DNA of 64,000 nt from IMG/VR virus record IMGVR_UViG_3300033076_001485, positions 59,470-123,469 of that record. The stretch is one strand, 5' to 3'. The number at the start of each line of letters is the position of its first letter. Positions within the stretch are counted from its first letter, which is position 1. Of the stretch, positions 50,436 through 59,328 are shown one piece after another. Position numbers and translations under genes: made by a program. This DNA is from a virus. Lineage: Duplodnaviria > Caudoviricetes. The notes below the pieces were generated by a model. That model had not been told where the DNA came from. It did no database searches and saw nothing but the letters and a program-made list of their open reading frames with translations.

Positions 50436-51719
50436 ATGCCTGCAGTTAGAGTCGTAGATGAACATCTATTAAGTCCTGTTCTCGTTTATTCGAGCTCCAA
50501 TGGCGTCTTCCAGAATGAGTTAATTCTTGTTGTGGAAGACGGCCTCACGAAGGAGATAAACGAGAACCAACTCATTGTCAAAGGATTTACCTTTGACAAT
50601 GATTTAACTGTTTCTCTTGCAGGCGGACGCTCTTTTGGGCGTTACGCCTCGGGAACAACGATACCTTCAACAGGAAAGACACCTGCTGAAGTTATTCAGA
50701 TGGCTATTGTTGAACCCATTAATCCAACAGTCGAACTCACATCTCCTACGACAATTGCATTTAATCAGACAACAATCGATAATATTCTGAATTTCTCGCA
50801 TACAATTAACACGTTAGGTGGAACTGTAGCAAGTGCAGAATTACAGTGGCGCCGCGGCAGTGCAGGTGAATGGATAACATTATCATCTGATACAAGCCCA
50901 ACTGGCACATTCACACATTCACTAGACGATACAAGTTACAATACAAGCTCATTCAATTACTTGTACACAGTAACAGACAGTTCAGGCGCATCTTCCACTG
51001 CAACAATTAATATTGTTCCCGCTGCTTATATTGTGCCTACGATCGCATTTACTGTGAGTGCGCAAACAAAGACAACGCCAGAGACGAATACTAAGCGGGA
51101 ATCCGGAAATATTTCATCCCATATTACGGGAACGATCACAAGAAATTCTGTCAATACAGATCTGATTTACTACACACTGCAGTGTCGCATTAATAACACG
51201 GGTGTGTGGAATGATATTGTAACGCCTGTTTGCGAGTCGAACTCAACAGAAATCATTGCAATTGACCACAATGATCAAGCATTTTTAGGTGCAGCAAGCA
51301 TTGCGTATCGAGTCGTCGTAACAGATACGTACCAGGCAGATCATGGTACACAAGTTGCATCCTCAATTGTTACGGTTAATTTCGTGAATCAAGTTTATTA
51401 TGGTCCGTCAAGTAGTCTACCAACAAATTCAGACAGCATAAGGGCTCTTGCAAATCATCAATTTGTAGATGTTGCTGGCAATATAACACTCAACACGGGC
51501 AATGCAGACAGATTCTTCACAATTGCGCTTCCTACGGGCTCAACGGTCGCTAGCGTAATTGATCTTGATGCGCTCAATGCAAACATCACGAACAATTATA
51601 TTTTAACGAATATTGATCTTATCAATGCCGGTGGCGTTGCAACGCAGTATAACGTCTATACAATGACTAATGCAATTCCATATAGCGATAATCATCGTCA
51701 CCAGATCACGAGGCACTGA
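50436..51719 (+). CDS. Thr/Ser/Asn-rich beta-sandwich protein, probably virion structural
   Basis: 427 aa, Ig-like composition (Y.YTVTDS.G, YRVVVTD, YYG, YNVY). Confidence 0.65.
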   Translation: MPAVRVVDEHLLSPVLVYSSSNGVFQNELILVVEDGLTKEINENQLIVKGFTFDNDLTVSLAGGRSFGRYASGTTIPSTGKTPAEVIQMAIVEPINPTVELTSPTTIAFNQTTIDNILNFSHTINTLGGTVASAELQWRRGSAGEWITLSSDTSPTGTFTHSLDDTSYNTSSFNYLYTVTDSSGASSTATINIVPAAYIVPTIAFTVSAQTKTTPETNTKRESGNISSHITGTITRNSVNTDLIYYTLQCRINNTGVWNDIVTPVCESNSTEIIAIDHNDQAFLGAASIAYRVVVTDTYQADHGTQVASSIVTVNFVNQVYYGPSSSLPTNSDSIRALANHQFVDVAGNITLNTGNADRFFTIALPTGSTVASVIDLDALNANITNNYILTNIDLINAGGVATQYNVYTMTNAIPYSDNHRHQITRH

Positions 51720-51725
51720 CTATAG

Positions 51726-52454
51726 ATGGCATTGACACAGGGATTGCAGCTTCCATTCGGCGTTCAACCCGTCAACCCAGTTCCGGTTGATGCATGGTCA
51801 GGCCCGTATGTTGCTGAAACAGCACAGGAAGCAATTGACATTGCTAATGCTGCAATCACACCTGCAATTCGTTTTCAGTCGATGGAAGTACGGCTTATCA
51901 TCAAGGGTGTCTCACACAAGTATTGGTACCGAAACGGTGTTGCTGATACCGATCTCGTTCCTTTTGCAGCATCAGGTACAGGCAGCAGTGGCTACCTAAA
52001 TGAGATCGTCTTCAATGAGCACGTGGCGACAGCGCCTGACCAAATTGGACTTTTCTTCAGCCTTGCCTCAGAACCCTCAAATCCTGATACAGTGCAGCTC
52101 TGGCTGAACGGTCAGCTGCTTACAATTGGTGAAGACTACACCGTCAACGGCCGCACAATACAGATGTTGACGGAACCTTTGCTTCCGATCGACAAGCTTA
52201 TTGCATCATATTCTCGTCCTGTCGTATTGAAGCAATATGCGTTCGGTGAAAGACAGCTTCCATCAAATAATCAGATTACACTTAATAATGTGCCCACGTC
52301 AAATAATGACGTGATGATCTTTTTGAACGGTCAGCTGCTGACACGTGGTATCATGCCAAATGATAATGACTATCATATTGATATGCGTCAAGTGACTTTT
52401 AATCATAATGTCAGCACAACAGACGTGATTCTGGTTACTTACTCTTATTCTTAA
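51726..52454 (+). CDS. Virion structural protein with two NGQLL...DY modules
   Basis: WLNGQLLTIGEDY...LIASY and FLNGQLLTRG...NDY...LVTY. Confidence 0.65.
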   Translation: MALTQGLQLPFGVQPVNPVPVDAWSGPYVAETAQEAIDIANAAITPAIRFQSMEVRLIIKGVSHKYWYRNGVADTDLVPFAASGTGSSGYLNEIVFNEHVATAPDQIGLFFSLASEPSNPDTVQLWLNGQLLTIGEDYTVNGRTIQMLTEPLLPIDKLIASYSRPVVLKQYAFGERQLPSNNQITLNNVPTSNNDVMIFLNGQLLTRGIMPNDNDYHIDMRQVTFNHNVSTTDVILVTYSYS

Positions 52455-52513
52455 AGATTTCGTCAAGATCTCGATGTGTCTGATATTTAGACATATCAGT
52501 TTACGAGATCATA

Positions 52514-52738
52514 ATGACAACATACACTACAACCGATCTGTCCCTTGCTGCATTCTTAAAGTTGCGTGGTCTAAAACTGCTTAGCGCATCAAAAGAGGGA
52601 ACTGGTAGATTCCAGTTCGTCTTTGAAGATGATGGCCGTGCAGATGTACTTGCACTTGACTTTACCAACAGTGAATTCTCAGCATATGACGCAAACCTTC
52701 GTGCACTTAAGAAGATGATTAATTCACGAGCAAAGTAA
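52514..52738 (+). CDS. Small protein, DUF5659-like
   Basis: TTDLSLAAFL..RG..L........F.F.F...Y....R.LK pattern. Confidence 0.6.
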   Translation: MTTYTTTDLSLAAFLKLRGLKLLSASKEGTGRFQFVFEDDGRADVLALDFTNSEFSAYDANLRALKKMINSRAK

Positions 52739-52801
52739 AATTTATTTTTAATATCACAAAATATTTTTGAATAAATTTTCTAGTCGTGTATATATAGACA
52801 T

Positions 52802-52905
52802 GTCGGCGCGGCGCAAGTCGCGGCTTCGTTAGAGATGATGTTAGGGGACGCGCAATGGCGACATGGTGTCCTCACTGTGCGTCAAAAGTTAAACTCTAAT
52901 GGAGT
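52802..52905 (+). ncRNA. Candidate structured cis-regulatory RNA leader
   Basis: GNRA hairpin CGCGGC-GCAA-GTCGCG (52807-52822); stem 52824-52834/52894-52904 covers the GGAG SD; inner stems 52847-52854/52876-52883 and GACA/TGTC. Confidence 0.5.
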
Positions 52906-52910
52906 AAATC

Positions 52911-54893
52911 ATGTCAGTAACAAAAATCAGCCAGAGCCAGATCAAGGGCACAGGCAAGGCAGACCTCGGTTCAGAGCTCTCAGCAGTTGAGCTTGCTATT
53001 AAGAACGCAGTCGGTGGTGCCAACTACGAGTCCGTTGCTGAGCTCAACCTCACCGCAATCAGCGGAATGATCAGCCGTGCACCCGATGGCAAGCTTGAGT
53101 TCGACGTAAATGTCGACGCAAAGAGCCATGACATCAGTAACATCAGCAATCTCTCTGCAAACGTTGGTTCATTCGTAACCACACACGCAGGAATGGTTGA
53201 CGGCTCAACAGCAACCTTCGCAACCACACACGCAGGCGCACTCGACGCATCAAGCGCACAGGTCAACGGCCCCCTCGGCGTCACCGGTAACTCCAACCTC
53301 GGCGGCAACGTCAGCGTTGGCGGATCCGTTGTGATCGCTGGTGGACTCGACGTCCAGGGCGCAATGACCTACCTCGAGACCCAGGACCTCAAGGTCAAGG
53401 ACGCAAGAGTCGTCATCGCTGACGGCATCACCAGCTTCCTCGGCGGCGAAGGTTTCTACCTCGGTTCTGAGTCCGGCTCACACAAGCTCGTGTGGGATGC
53501 TCTGACAAGCCGCTGGGCACTTTCTGACGGTCTCAAGTCAGTCGACTTCAAGGCCGGCGGCAAGACCCTCGTGGACAGCACAGGCGTTCACGGTGACGCC
53601 GCAGGTCTCAAGATCGACGGCGCAGGCGTTGTGCAGTTCCAGGACCAGTTCATGCCAGGCCCCATGGACCTCAGCAAGACCGGCGAGTTCGCAGACGTCT
53701 TCGGCCCCCAGAAGTGGGCAGACGGCCTCGGCCTCATTGGCGCCCTGAACAAGGCACGCAGCGATGCATACAACTACGTCGACACCAACTACGCCGACCT
53801 CGCTGCAGACCTCGCAGCTGAAGTTGCTCGCGCAGAAGGCGTTGAGGCAGGCCTCGCACAGGACATCGCAGACGAGGCAGCAGCCCGCGCAGCAGCCGAC
53901 GTTGCACACGACGCAGCAATCTCCGCCGAGATCGCTCGTGCATCAGCAGCAGAGGCCCAGATTTCTTCTGACCTCTCAGCAGAGATCGCCCGCGCAACAG
54001 CAGCCGAGGCTTCAATCTCTGCTTCTGTCACAGCTGAAGTTGCTCGTGCAACAGCCGCTGAAGGCGTCCTCACCACCAACCTCGCAGCCGAGGTTTCACG
54101 TGCAACTGCAGCAGAAGGCGTGCTCACCGCAAACCTCTCAGCTGAAGTAAGCCGTGCACAGGCAGCCGAGGCGGACCTTGCTGCAGACATCGCAGCACTC
54201 GAGATCCTCGAGGGCAACCACTACGGCGAGCTCTCAGCAGCAATCTCTGCTGAGGTTGTTCGTGCAACAGGCGCAGAGACAGTTCTTGACAACAAGATCA
54301 CTGCTGAGAAGAACCGTGCAGAAGCTGCAGAGCTCTCACTCGACGGCAAGATCACAACTGAGAAGAACCGTGCAATGGCAGCTGAGGCTGCTCTTTCCAC
54401 AGACATCTCTGCTGAAGTTGCTCGCGCAACAGCTGCAGAGGGCGTTCTCACACAGAACTTGGCTGCCGAGGTTTCTCGTGCAACAGCTGCTGAAGGCGTT
54501 CTGACTGCAAACCTCGCAGCTGAAGTTGCTCGCGCAACAGCTGCAGAGGCTGCTCTAACAACTGCAATCAGCGATGAGGCAGCTGCTCGTATCGCTGGCG
54601 ATGCAGATCTCCAGGGACAGCTCGACACCCTCAAGGGCAAGATTGCAACCCAGGCAACACGCATCTTCGTGGCAGTGATCCCCAACGGTGCAGACCTCGC
54701 CATGGACAGCGACCTCACCGGTTACGCTGGCAGCGAGTTCGTCATGCCCGCCGGCAAGAATGCTGTCAACTACGACATGTACCTCAACGGTCAGCAGATG
54801 ATGTGGAACCAGGACTTCGTCTTCGTCGGCGGAAAGGTCCAGTTCAAGTTTGCCCTCAAGGCAGGCGACGTGGTCCGCTTCCGCGAGTTCTAG
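52911..54893 (+). CDS. Fibre-like virion protein with 18-residue Ala-rich coiled-coil repeats
   Basis: GNV.VGG...I.GGL.V.G beta segment, repeats AEV(A/S)RATAAEGVLT.NL., C-terminal YLNGQ..M..QDF module; capsid-like codon bias; followed by a terminator. Confidence 0.75.
   Translation: MSVTKISQSQIKGTGKADLGSELSAVELAIKNAVGGANYESVAELNLTAISGMISRAPDGKLEFDVNVDAKSHDISNISNLSANVGSFVTTHAGMVDGSTATFATTHAGALDASSAQVNGPLGVTGNSNLGGNVSVGGSVVIAGGLDVQGAMTYLETQDLKVKDARVVIADGITSFLGGEGFYLGSESGSHKLVWDALTSRWALSDGLKSVDFKAGGKTLVDSTGVHGDAAGLKIDGAGVVQFQDQFMPGPMDLSKTGEFADVFGPQKWADGLGLIGALNKARSDAYNYVDTNYADLAADLAAEVARAEGVEAGLAQDIADEAAARAAADVAHDAAISAEIARASAAEAQISSDLSAEIARATAAEASISASVTAEVARATAAEGVLTTNLAAEVSRATAAEGVLTANLSAEVSRAQAAEADLAADIAALEILEGNHYGELSAAISAEVVRATGAETVLDNKITAEKNRAEAAELSLDGKITTEKNRAMAAEAALSTDISAEVARATAAEGVLTQNLAAEVSRATAAEGVLTANLAAEVARATAAEAALTTAISDEAAARIAGDADLQGQLDTLKGKIATQATRIFVAVIPNGADLAMDSDLTGYAGSEFVMPAGKNAVNYDMYLNGQQMMWNQDFVFVGGKVQFKFALKAGDVVRFREF
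53817..54600 (+). repeat. Imperfect 54-bp (18-aa) tandem coding repeats
   Basis: GCTGAAGTTGCTCGCGCAACAGCTGCAGAGG is identical at 54411-54441 and 54519-54549 (108 bp apart). Confidence 0.85.
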
Positions 54894-54938
54894 TAGCTCG
54901 CGGTTTAGACCGCATGTCTCTTGATTGAGACACAACTT

Positions 54939-54971
54939 TGGGCCGCATACGCAAGTATGCGGCCCATTTTT
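54939..54971 (+). terminator. Rho-independent terminator
   Basis: TGGGCCGCATAC-GCAA-GTATGCGGCCCA followed by TTTTT. Confidence 0.9.
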
Positions 54972-54998
54972 GTGATATTTATATTAGGAGACACAAAC

Positions 54999-55244
54999 AT
55001 GACACAGATTCTCATCGGCATTCTCATCTCATATGTTACAGGCGGTGCAGCTTTTGTAGGATACAGCGTTCTAGAAATTGACACGCTCCAACGTCAAAAT
55101 GAGCTCACACGCGATAAAAATCTCAAGAACACCATCGCATCCCAGGCAAAGTCACATTTTGATGACATTCGCGGAGCATGGAAATGGCCTGTTATTCTTG
55201 TCAAATCTGCAATTACAGCAATCAAATGGGCAAAGACTCTTTGA
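54999..55244 (+). CDS. Small membrane protein
   Basis: SD AGGAG, N-terminal hydrophobic helix, upstream GATATTTA. Confidence 0.65.
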   Translation: MTQILIGILISYVTGGAAFVGYSVLEIDTLQRQNELTRDKNLKNTIASQAKSHFDDIRGAWKWPVILVKSAITAIKWAKTL

Positions 55245-55258
55245 AATAGATAACTGAC

Positions 55259-55981
55259 GTGGATACCTCAAAAAAGCTTAAGAAATTAACTCTAAAATTG
55301 CAATATCTTCGTGCAGAACTTGCTGATCACGAAGATAATCACGCGCATGCTAGATGGGAGTTAAGTAACGCTATTTTTGAGGTATTCGCGCGCGCGGGCA
55401 AGCAAATACAGCCCGCAACACAGAATGAGAATCAAGTTGATTTGCCTACACCCGACGAGCACAATGATGTAAATCTGGATGTAGATCTGAAAAAGATAGT
55501 TAGAAAAATTGCGCTTAAAACGCATCCTGATCGAACATCTAATCTTCCAGATGAAGAAAAGGACTATCTTGTGTCGCTGTATAGAGATGCAATGGTAGCT
55601 GCAGCAGCAGGCGATGAAGGAAGAATAATAGAAATTGCGATTGAAATTGGCATCGACATTGATCTTGACGATGAGCGGCACACGAAGCCGTTAGAAGTTC
55701 TTACTGACGATCTTGAAAAGAAGATTGAATCACTCAAAAAAACAGCAGAGATCTCGTGGTTTAATCACAGAGAAAAAGATGATATCAGATGTAATATGCT
55801 GCTTGCTATTGCACAAAATATGAATCTTGCAATTGATAGAAATTTAGCACTTGATATTGTTCTTTGGGTCAAATCAGGCTGCCCAAATGGCACACAATAT
55901 GTTAAAGTTGAAAGGCCCAAGCCTACAAGAATTTGGGAAAAGAGAAAACCCGGCACACGGCCTGAACGTATTAGACGTTGA
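55259..55981 (+). CDS. J-domain-containing protein
   Basis: LKKIVRKIALKTHPDR (HPD motif after a basic helix) flanked by coiled coils. Confidence 0.7.
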   Translation: MDTSKKLKKLTLKLQYLRAELADHEDNHAHARWELSNAIFEVFARAGKQIQPATQNENQVDLPTPDEHNDVNLDVDLKKIVRKIALKTHPDRTSNLPDEEKDYLVSLYRDAMVAAAAGDEGRIIEIAIEIGIDIDLDDERHTKPLEVLTDDLEKKIESLKKTAEISWFNHREKDDIRCNMLLAIAQNMNLAIDRNLALDIVLWVKSGCPNGTQYVKVERPKPTRIWEKRKPGTRPERIRR

Positions 55982-56018
55982 TGTTTTAAAAAACAAATTT
56001 GCGTTATAGATTAATGTC

Positions 56019-56531
56019 ATGGATAAAATTTTACTTAATGACGTTTTGGCTATTGGGAAGTCATATGCTTCATCACAAGATGAAGCTAGAACAACTGCAG
56101 CAAAATCGTTAGAAAAAGATGTACTTGCACATGACACACTAAATTCACTGCAGAAGAAAATGTCGGCCTTGATTAAGGCATGTAGAAAGTCATGTTTAGG
56201 AAAGTCCGCAGAAGAACGTGAGATCATCATGTGGACTACGATAGATAAGCTGGAAGAAACTGCACAACAAGAAGTTACACAACTTCGTGACAAGGCGCTT
56301 CTTGCTAAGGGAAAAGCGGATGCTGCCGAAGAAGCACTCAGCACATTTAAAATGCAATGGGATGCCTCAATAGCAGATCTTAAGCGTGTCGAAGAAGTTG
56401 TAGAGTTGATCAAGGATGGGCAAGAACCTGTCAATGGGCGTAATAGAAAGCCGGGAGAGCGCCCAGAAAAATTGGCCGTCGTTCGCCGCGCTGCCCAGGA
56501 AGTTAAAGAATCACAGCAAGACGGTGATTGA
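56019..56531 (+). CDS. Coiled-coil hypothetical protein
   Basis: 170-aa ORF; TTTAAA-N16-TAGATT ends 6 nt before the ATG. Confidence 0.65.
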   Translation: MDKILLNDVLAIGKSYASSQDEARTTAAKSLEKDVLAHDTLNSLQKKMSALIKACRKSCLGKSAEEREIIMWTTIDKLEETAQQEVTQLRDKALLAKGKADAAEEALSTFKMQWDASIADLKRVEEVVELIKDGQEPVNGRNRKPGERPEKLAVVRRAAQEVKESQQDGD

Positions 56532-56533
56532 TT

Positions 56534-57121
56534 ATGTCATCAACGCTTGTTAAAACAGTCAATTTTGGTGTGATTAAAGCGGGCCGTCAGGAATCTGTGG
56601 GCTATCGTCTGATTGATAGCATGGGGTTGACAGTTCAAGAAAGATCACAGACGGGTGTCTATGAAACATACCCAGGAACAGGAATTTATGCAGCAAGCAT
56701 TGAATTTCCAGATGGCTTTACGGGCACGATCTTGTGGGATCTCGATGATACCAGGCCTGCTTACGCAGCAGAAGAATTCAATAATTCTGTTAATGGCACG
56801 GGAGTCAGTCATCAAGTCGATGAAGTTACAACGCAGGTCAACGTCGTTACTGATCAATTAACAGATCTTGCAGACGAGATTCGATTTATTCGTGGCATGA
56901 CAGCAGGTCGCTGGACACTTGATAAGAAGTATTCCACCATGACGTACTACGATGAAAGCGGTAAGAATGTTCTTGTAACGTATGAAATGCTCGATGAAAA
57001 TGGCAAGCCATCAATTGAGTCTGTCTACGATAGAAGAATTAAAGAAGCAATACCCATGATTAGAAGCCTATCAGATCAGCAGACTATTATCGCAACTCTA
57101 CAAGCCTCAGGCTCAATCTAG
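56534..57121 (+). CDS. Hypothetical protein
   Basis: ORF directly following the previous gene; beta N-terminus, short coiled coil, GRW C-terminal domain. Confidence 0.65.
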   Translation: MSSTLVKTVNFGVIKAGRQESVGYRLIDSMGLTVQERSQTGVYETYPGTGIYAASIEFPDGFTGTILWDLDDTRPAYAAEEFNNSVNGTGVSHQVDEVTTQVNVVTDQLTDLADEIRFIRGMTAGRWTLDKKYSTMTYYDESGKNVLVTYEMLDENGKPSIESVYDRRIKEAIPMIRSLSDQQTIIATLQASGSI

Positions 57122-57123
57122 GC

Positions 57124-57495
57124 ATGAAAGTAAGATTTTCGCCGTTACGATTTCTTACTAGAGGATTCGGTGGACCTGCTGCAGTCATCATTACGGGTGG
57201 TTTGCTCACATTTCCAATTATCGTCGATGACATGCGACGTGCAGTTGGGCGTGCTGACAAGAGTAGAGATCAATTTGAATTTGTTGATGAATTTGATGTT
57301 TATAAGATAACTGCGATGCTAGCATCAATTAACGAGAATCCTCTAAATAACGTCTTATACAATAAGATGACAAAGTTAATTTTTGAGAAAAAGATCGATA
57401 TCAATGTTGATTTGATAGAAAAGACAGTGAAGAAAAGCGATCCATACAAGATAGTTATTGGTGAGTACAAGATTAAACGAGGATACGATGAGTGA
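57124..57495 (+). CDS. Hypothetical protein
   Basis: 123-aa tightly packed ORF. Confidence 0.6.
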   Translation: MKVRFSPLRFLTRGFGGPAAVIITGGLLTFPIIVDDMRRAVGRADKSRDQFEFVDEFDVYKITAMLASINENPLNNVLYNKMTKLIFEKKIDINVDLIEKTVKKSDPYKIVIGEYKIKRGYDE

Positions 57496-58021
57496 TATTT
57501 CCCTTTATCTCGATCAAGACAATGAACTTCGGTTCAACGTGTCTATCGAGGGTTCGAAACCTGGCACTCCAAAATACCGTCTGGTATTTGAATCTAAGGA
57601 GTGCTCTTACGCATTTTCTGGCCAGCAGGCAAATACAGGTGAAGTGTTATTCGTCGTCCCTGCAATGAAAAACGCACTAAAAGAGGGAAGATATCACGCC
57701 AACCTTGAGGTTATGGTCGACGATCGTTATTTCGTCCCACTCCAGTTCGATGCTGATTTTGAAGCTTCAATACGCGTCGTTGCAGAATCTATTGCACGAC
57801 CTGCACCTAAGAAAGCAGCAGTTACAGCATCGATTATTACAACTAGCCCACCCCGTCAGACGCAGCCTGTTCTTGAAACTGTGCAAGAGACAGTTACAAG
57901 AATCCAGAATTCACCTGTCAAAACAGCTTCAAAACCAAAAGAAGCTCTCGGCGAGATTGATGGCAAGCAGATCACTGCTGAAGATCTAAGAAATCTTATT
58001 AGACTTTCAAATCTACGATAG
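57488..58021 (+). CDS. Hypothetical protein
   Basis: ATG 57488 after GAGG; upstream GATAGTTA at 57450. Confidence 0.65.
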   Translation: MSDISLYLDQDNELRFNVSIEGSKPGTPKYRLVFESKECSYAFSGQQANTGEVLFVVPAMKNALKEGRYHANLEVMVDDRYFVPLQFDADFEASIRVVAESIARPAPKKAAVTASIITTSPPRQTQPVLETVQETVTRIQNSPVKTASKPKEALGEIDGKQITAEDLRNLIRLSNLR

Positions 58022-58068
58022 GATGTAATTTTTAACCTCGTAGGTATAATAAGCTACGAGGTTAAATT

Positions 58069-58512
58069 ATGAATAACGTCTATATCGCAAGTGGTTGGTT
58101 TTCTCCAGAGTGGCTCCAGGAAGTTGAGGACATCAAAGGTGTTCTTGATGAGCTTAAGCTAGGCTATTTCTCTCCAAAAGATTTTGCCATTGCTGAGGCA
58201 ACGGCAGGACTTGATACACAAAAGCAGATCTTTGACGGAAATGTCGAGCATCTTGACAAGTGTGATTGGATGATCTGCAATACCCGAAACAAGGACATGG
58301 GTTCAATCTGGGAGGCAGGTTACTTCTATGCCCGCAATAAGCCCATCGTCTACTTCTGCGCAGGCCTCCCACCCGGTGCTAAGTTCAATCTCATGCTCTC
58401 GGCAAGCGGAATTGCAGTTTGCACATCTATCCAGGAGCTTCGTGAGTACCTTGAGATTTGCATTCACGAGGGCCGGCTCCAGCGTCGCCCATATGCAGGT
58501 TTAATTGAGTAG
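58069..58512 (+). CDS. Nucleoside 2'-deoxyribosyltransferase / nucleotide N-hydrolase family protein
   Basis: VYIASGWF, FSP, IF..N...L..CD, DMGSIWEAGY.YA.NKP (catalytic Glu), FNLML. Confidence 0.88.
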   Translation: MNNVYIASGWFSPEWLQEVEDIKGVLDELKLGYFSPKDFAIAEATAGLDTQKQIFDGNVEHLDKCDWMICNTRNKDMGSIWEAGYFYARNKPIVYFCAGLPPGAKFNLMLSASGIAVCTSIQELREYLEICIHEGRLQRRPYAGLIE

Positions 58513-58563
58513 CAAAAAAGGATATGTGCGCTCCTGGGAGATAGTTATCATACAGGAGCGCAC

Positions 58564-59268
58564 ATGCGTATTAATAAATTAGCTCTTCGAAAGTTAGTCC
58601 TCAAAGAGATGCATGACCACATGCAGAGTGAAGATATGCCAGAAATCGATGCAGAGATCATTGATGACGGCGATGAAGAAGGATTTGAGGATGAAGAAGA
58701 AGATTATGACACCGACGTAGATGATGAAGGTGACATCGATTACGAAGACTCAAACGTCTACGAAGAGACAGGCATGATTAAGTCAAATCTCTTTATGCTT
58801 GCCAAAAAATCAATGGAGCTTCATGATTCCATTGGCGACAAAGACGATCTTCCCGAGTGGGTCCAAGAGAAGATTGCTGTTGCATCTTACATGATCGATA
58901 CAATACATGACTATCTCATGTATGAAATGGTCAAGGATGATCTTCACGAGAAGAAAGACGGACGTTCCAAGAGCCGCAAGTACAAGGGCAAGGAGTATCA
59001 CGCAACTCCCGCGATGGTCAAGGCAGTCAAAAAAGGTGCATCCTATAATCAACTTGCAAAACTTTCCAAATGGGCAGATGAGCCTGCAGCAGTTGTCCAA
59101 GCAGCTAAGATTGTTGCAAAGGGCAAGCCAATGTCACGTGATGATGAGGCTGATCTAGAAGAGGGTGACGAAGGTTGGAATCCTCTTCACCAGTCTACCG
59201 GCATCATGTTCTTCGAAGACGAGGACGGCGATGGATATCCAAAAGGAAATCCAAAGAAGCGTGGTTGA
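58564..59268 (+). CDS. Acidic hypothetical protein (possible internal head protein)
   Basis: N-terminus MRINKLALRKLVLKE, D/E tract, DDLPEWVQEKI; SD AGGAG. Confidence 0.7.
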   Translation: MRINKLALRKLVLKEMHDHMQSEDMPEIDAEIIDDGDEEGFEDEEEDYDTDVDDEGDIDYEDSNVYEETGMIKSNLFMLAKKSMELHDSIGDKDDLPEWVQEKIAVASYMIDTIHDYLMYEMVKDDLHEKKDGRSKSRKYKGKEYHATPAMVKAVKKGASYNQLAKLSKWADEPAAVVQAAKIVAKGKPMSRDDEADLEEGDEGWNPLHQSTGIMFFEDEDGDGYPKGNPKKRG

Positions 59269-59294
59269 GGTAGCTAAGAACCAGCGGTCGCTGG

Positions 59295-59322
59295 TGTAAA
59301 TAATGAACCCCGGTACTATAAT
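59295..59322 (+). promoter_or_regulatory. Sigma70-like promoter, probably leaderless (epimerase-dnaE-kinase unit)
   Basis: TGTAAA-N16-TATAAT; ATG 6 nt downstream. Confidence 0.65.
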
Positions 59323-59328
59323 GATTGT

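Noticed and set aside
52802-52905. tRNA or known riboswitch (e.g. c-di-GMP-I)
   Set aside because: No cloverleaf or T-loop, and I could not match a known consensus by eye; kept only as an unclassified structured leader.
53817-54600. Possible CRISPR array or DGR repeats
   Set aside because: The repeats are in-frame, degenerate at third positions and lack unique spacers; no cas or reverse transcriptase gene is seen.
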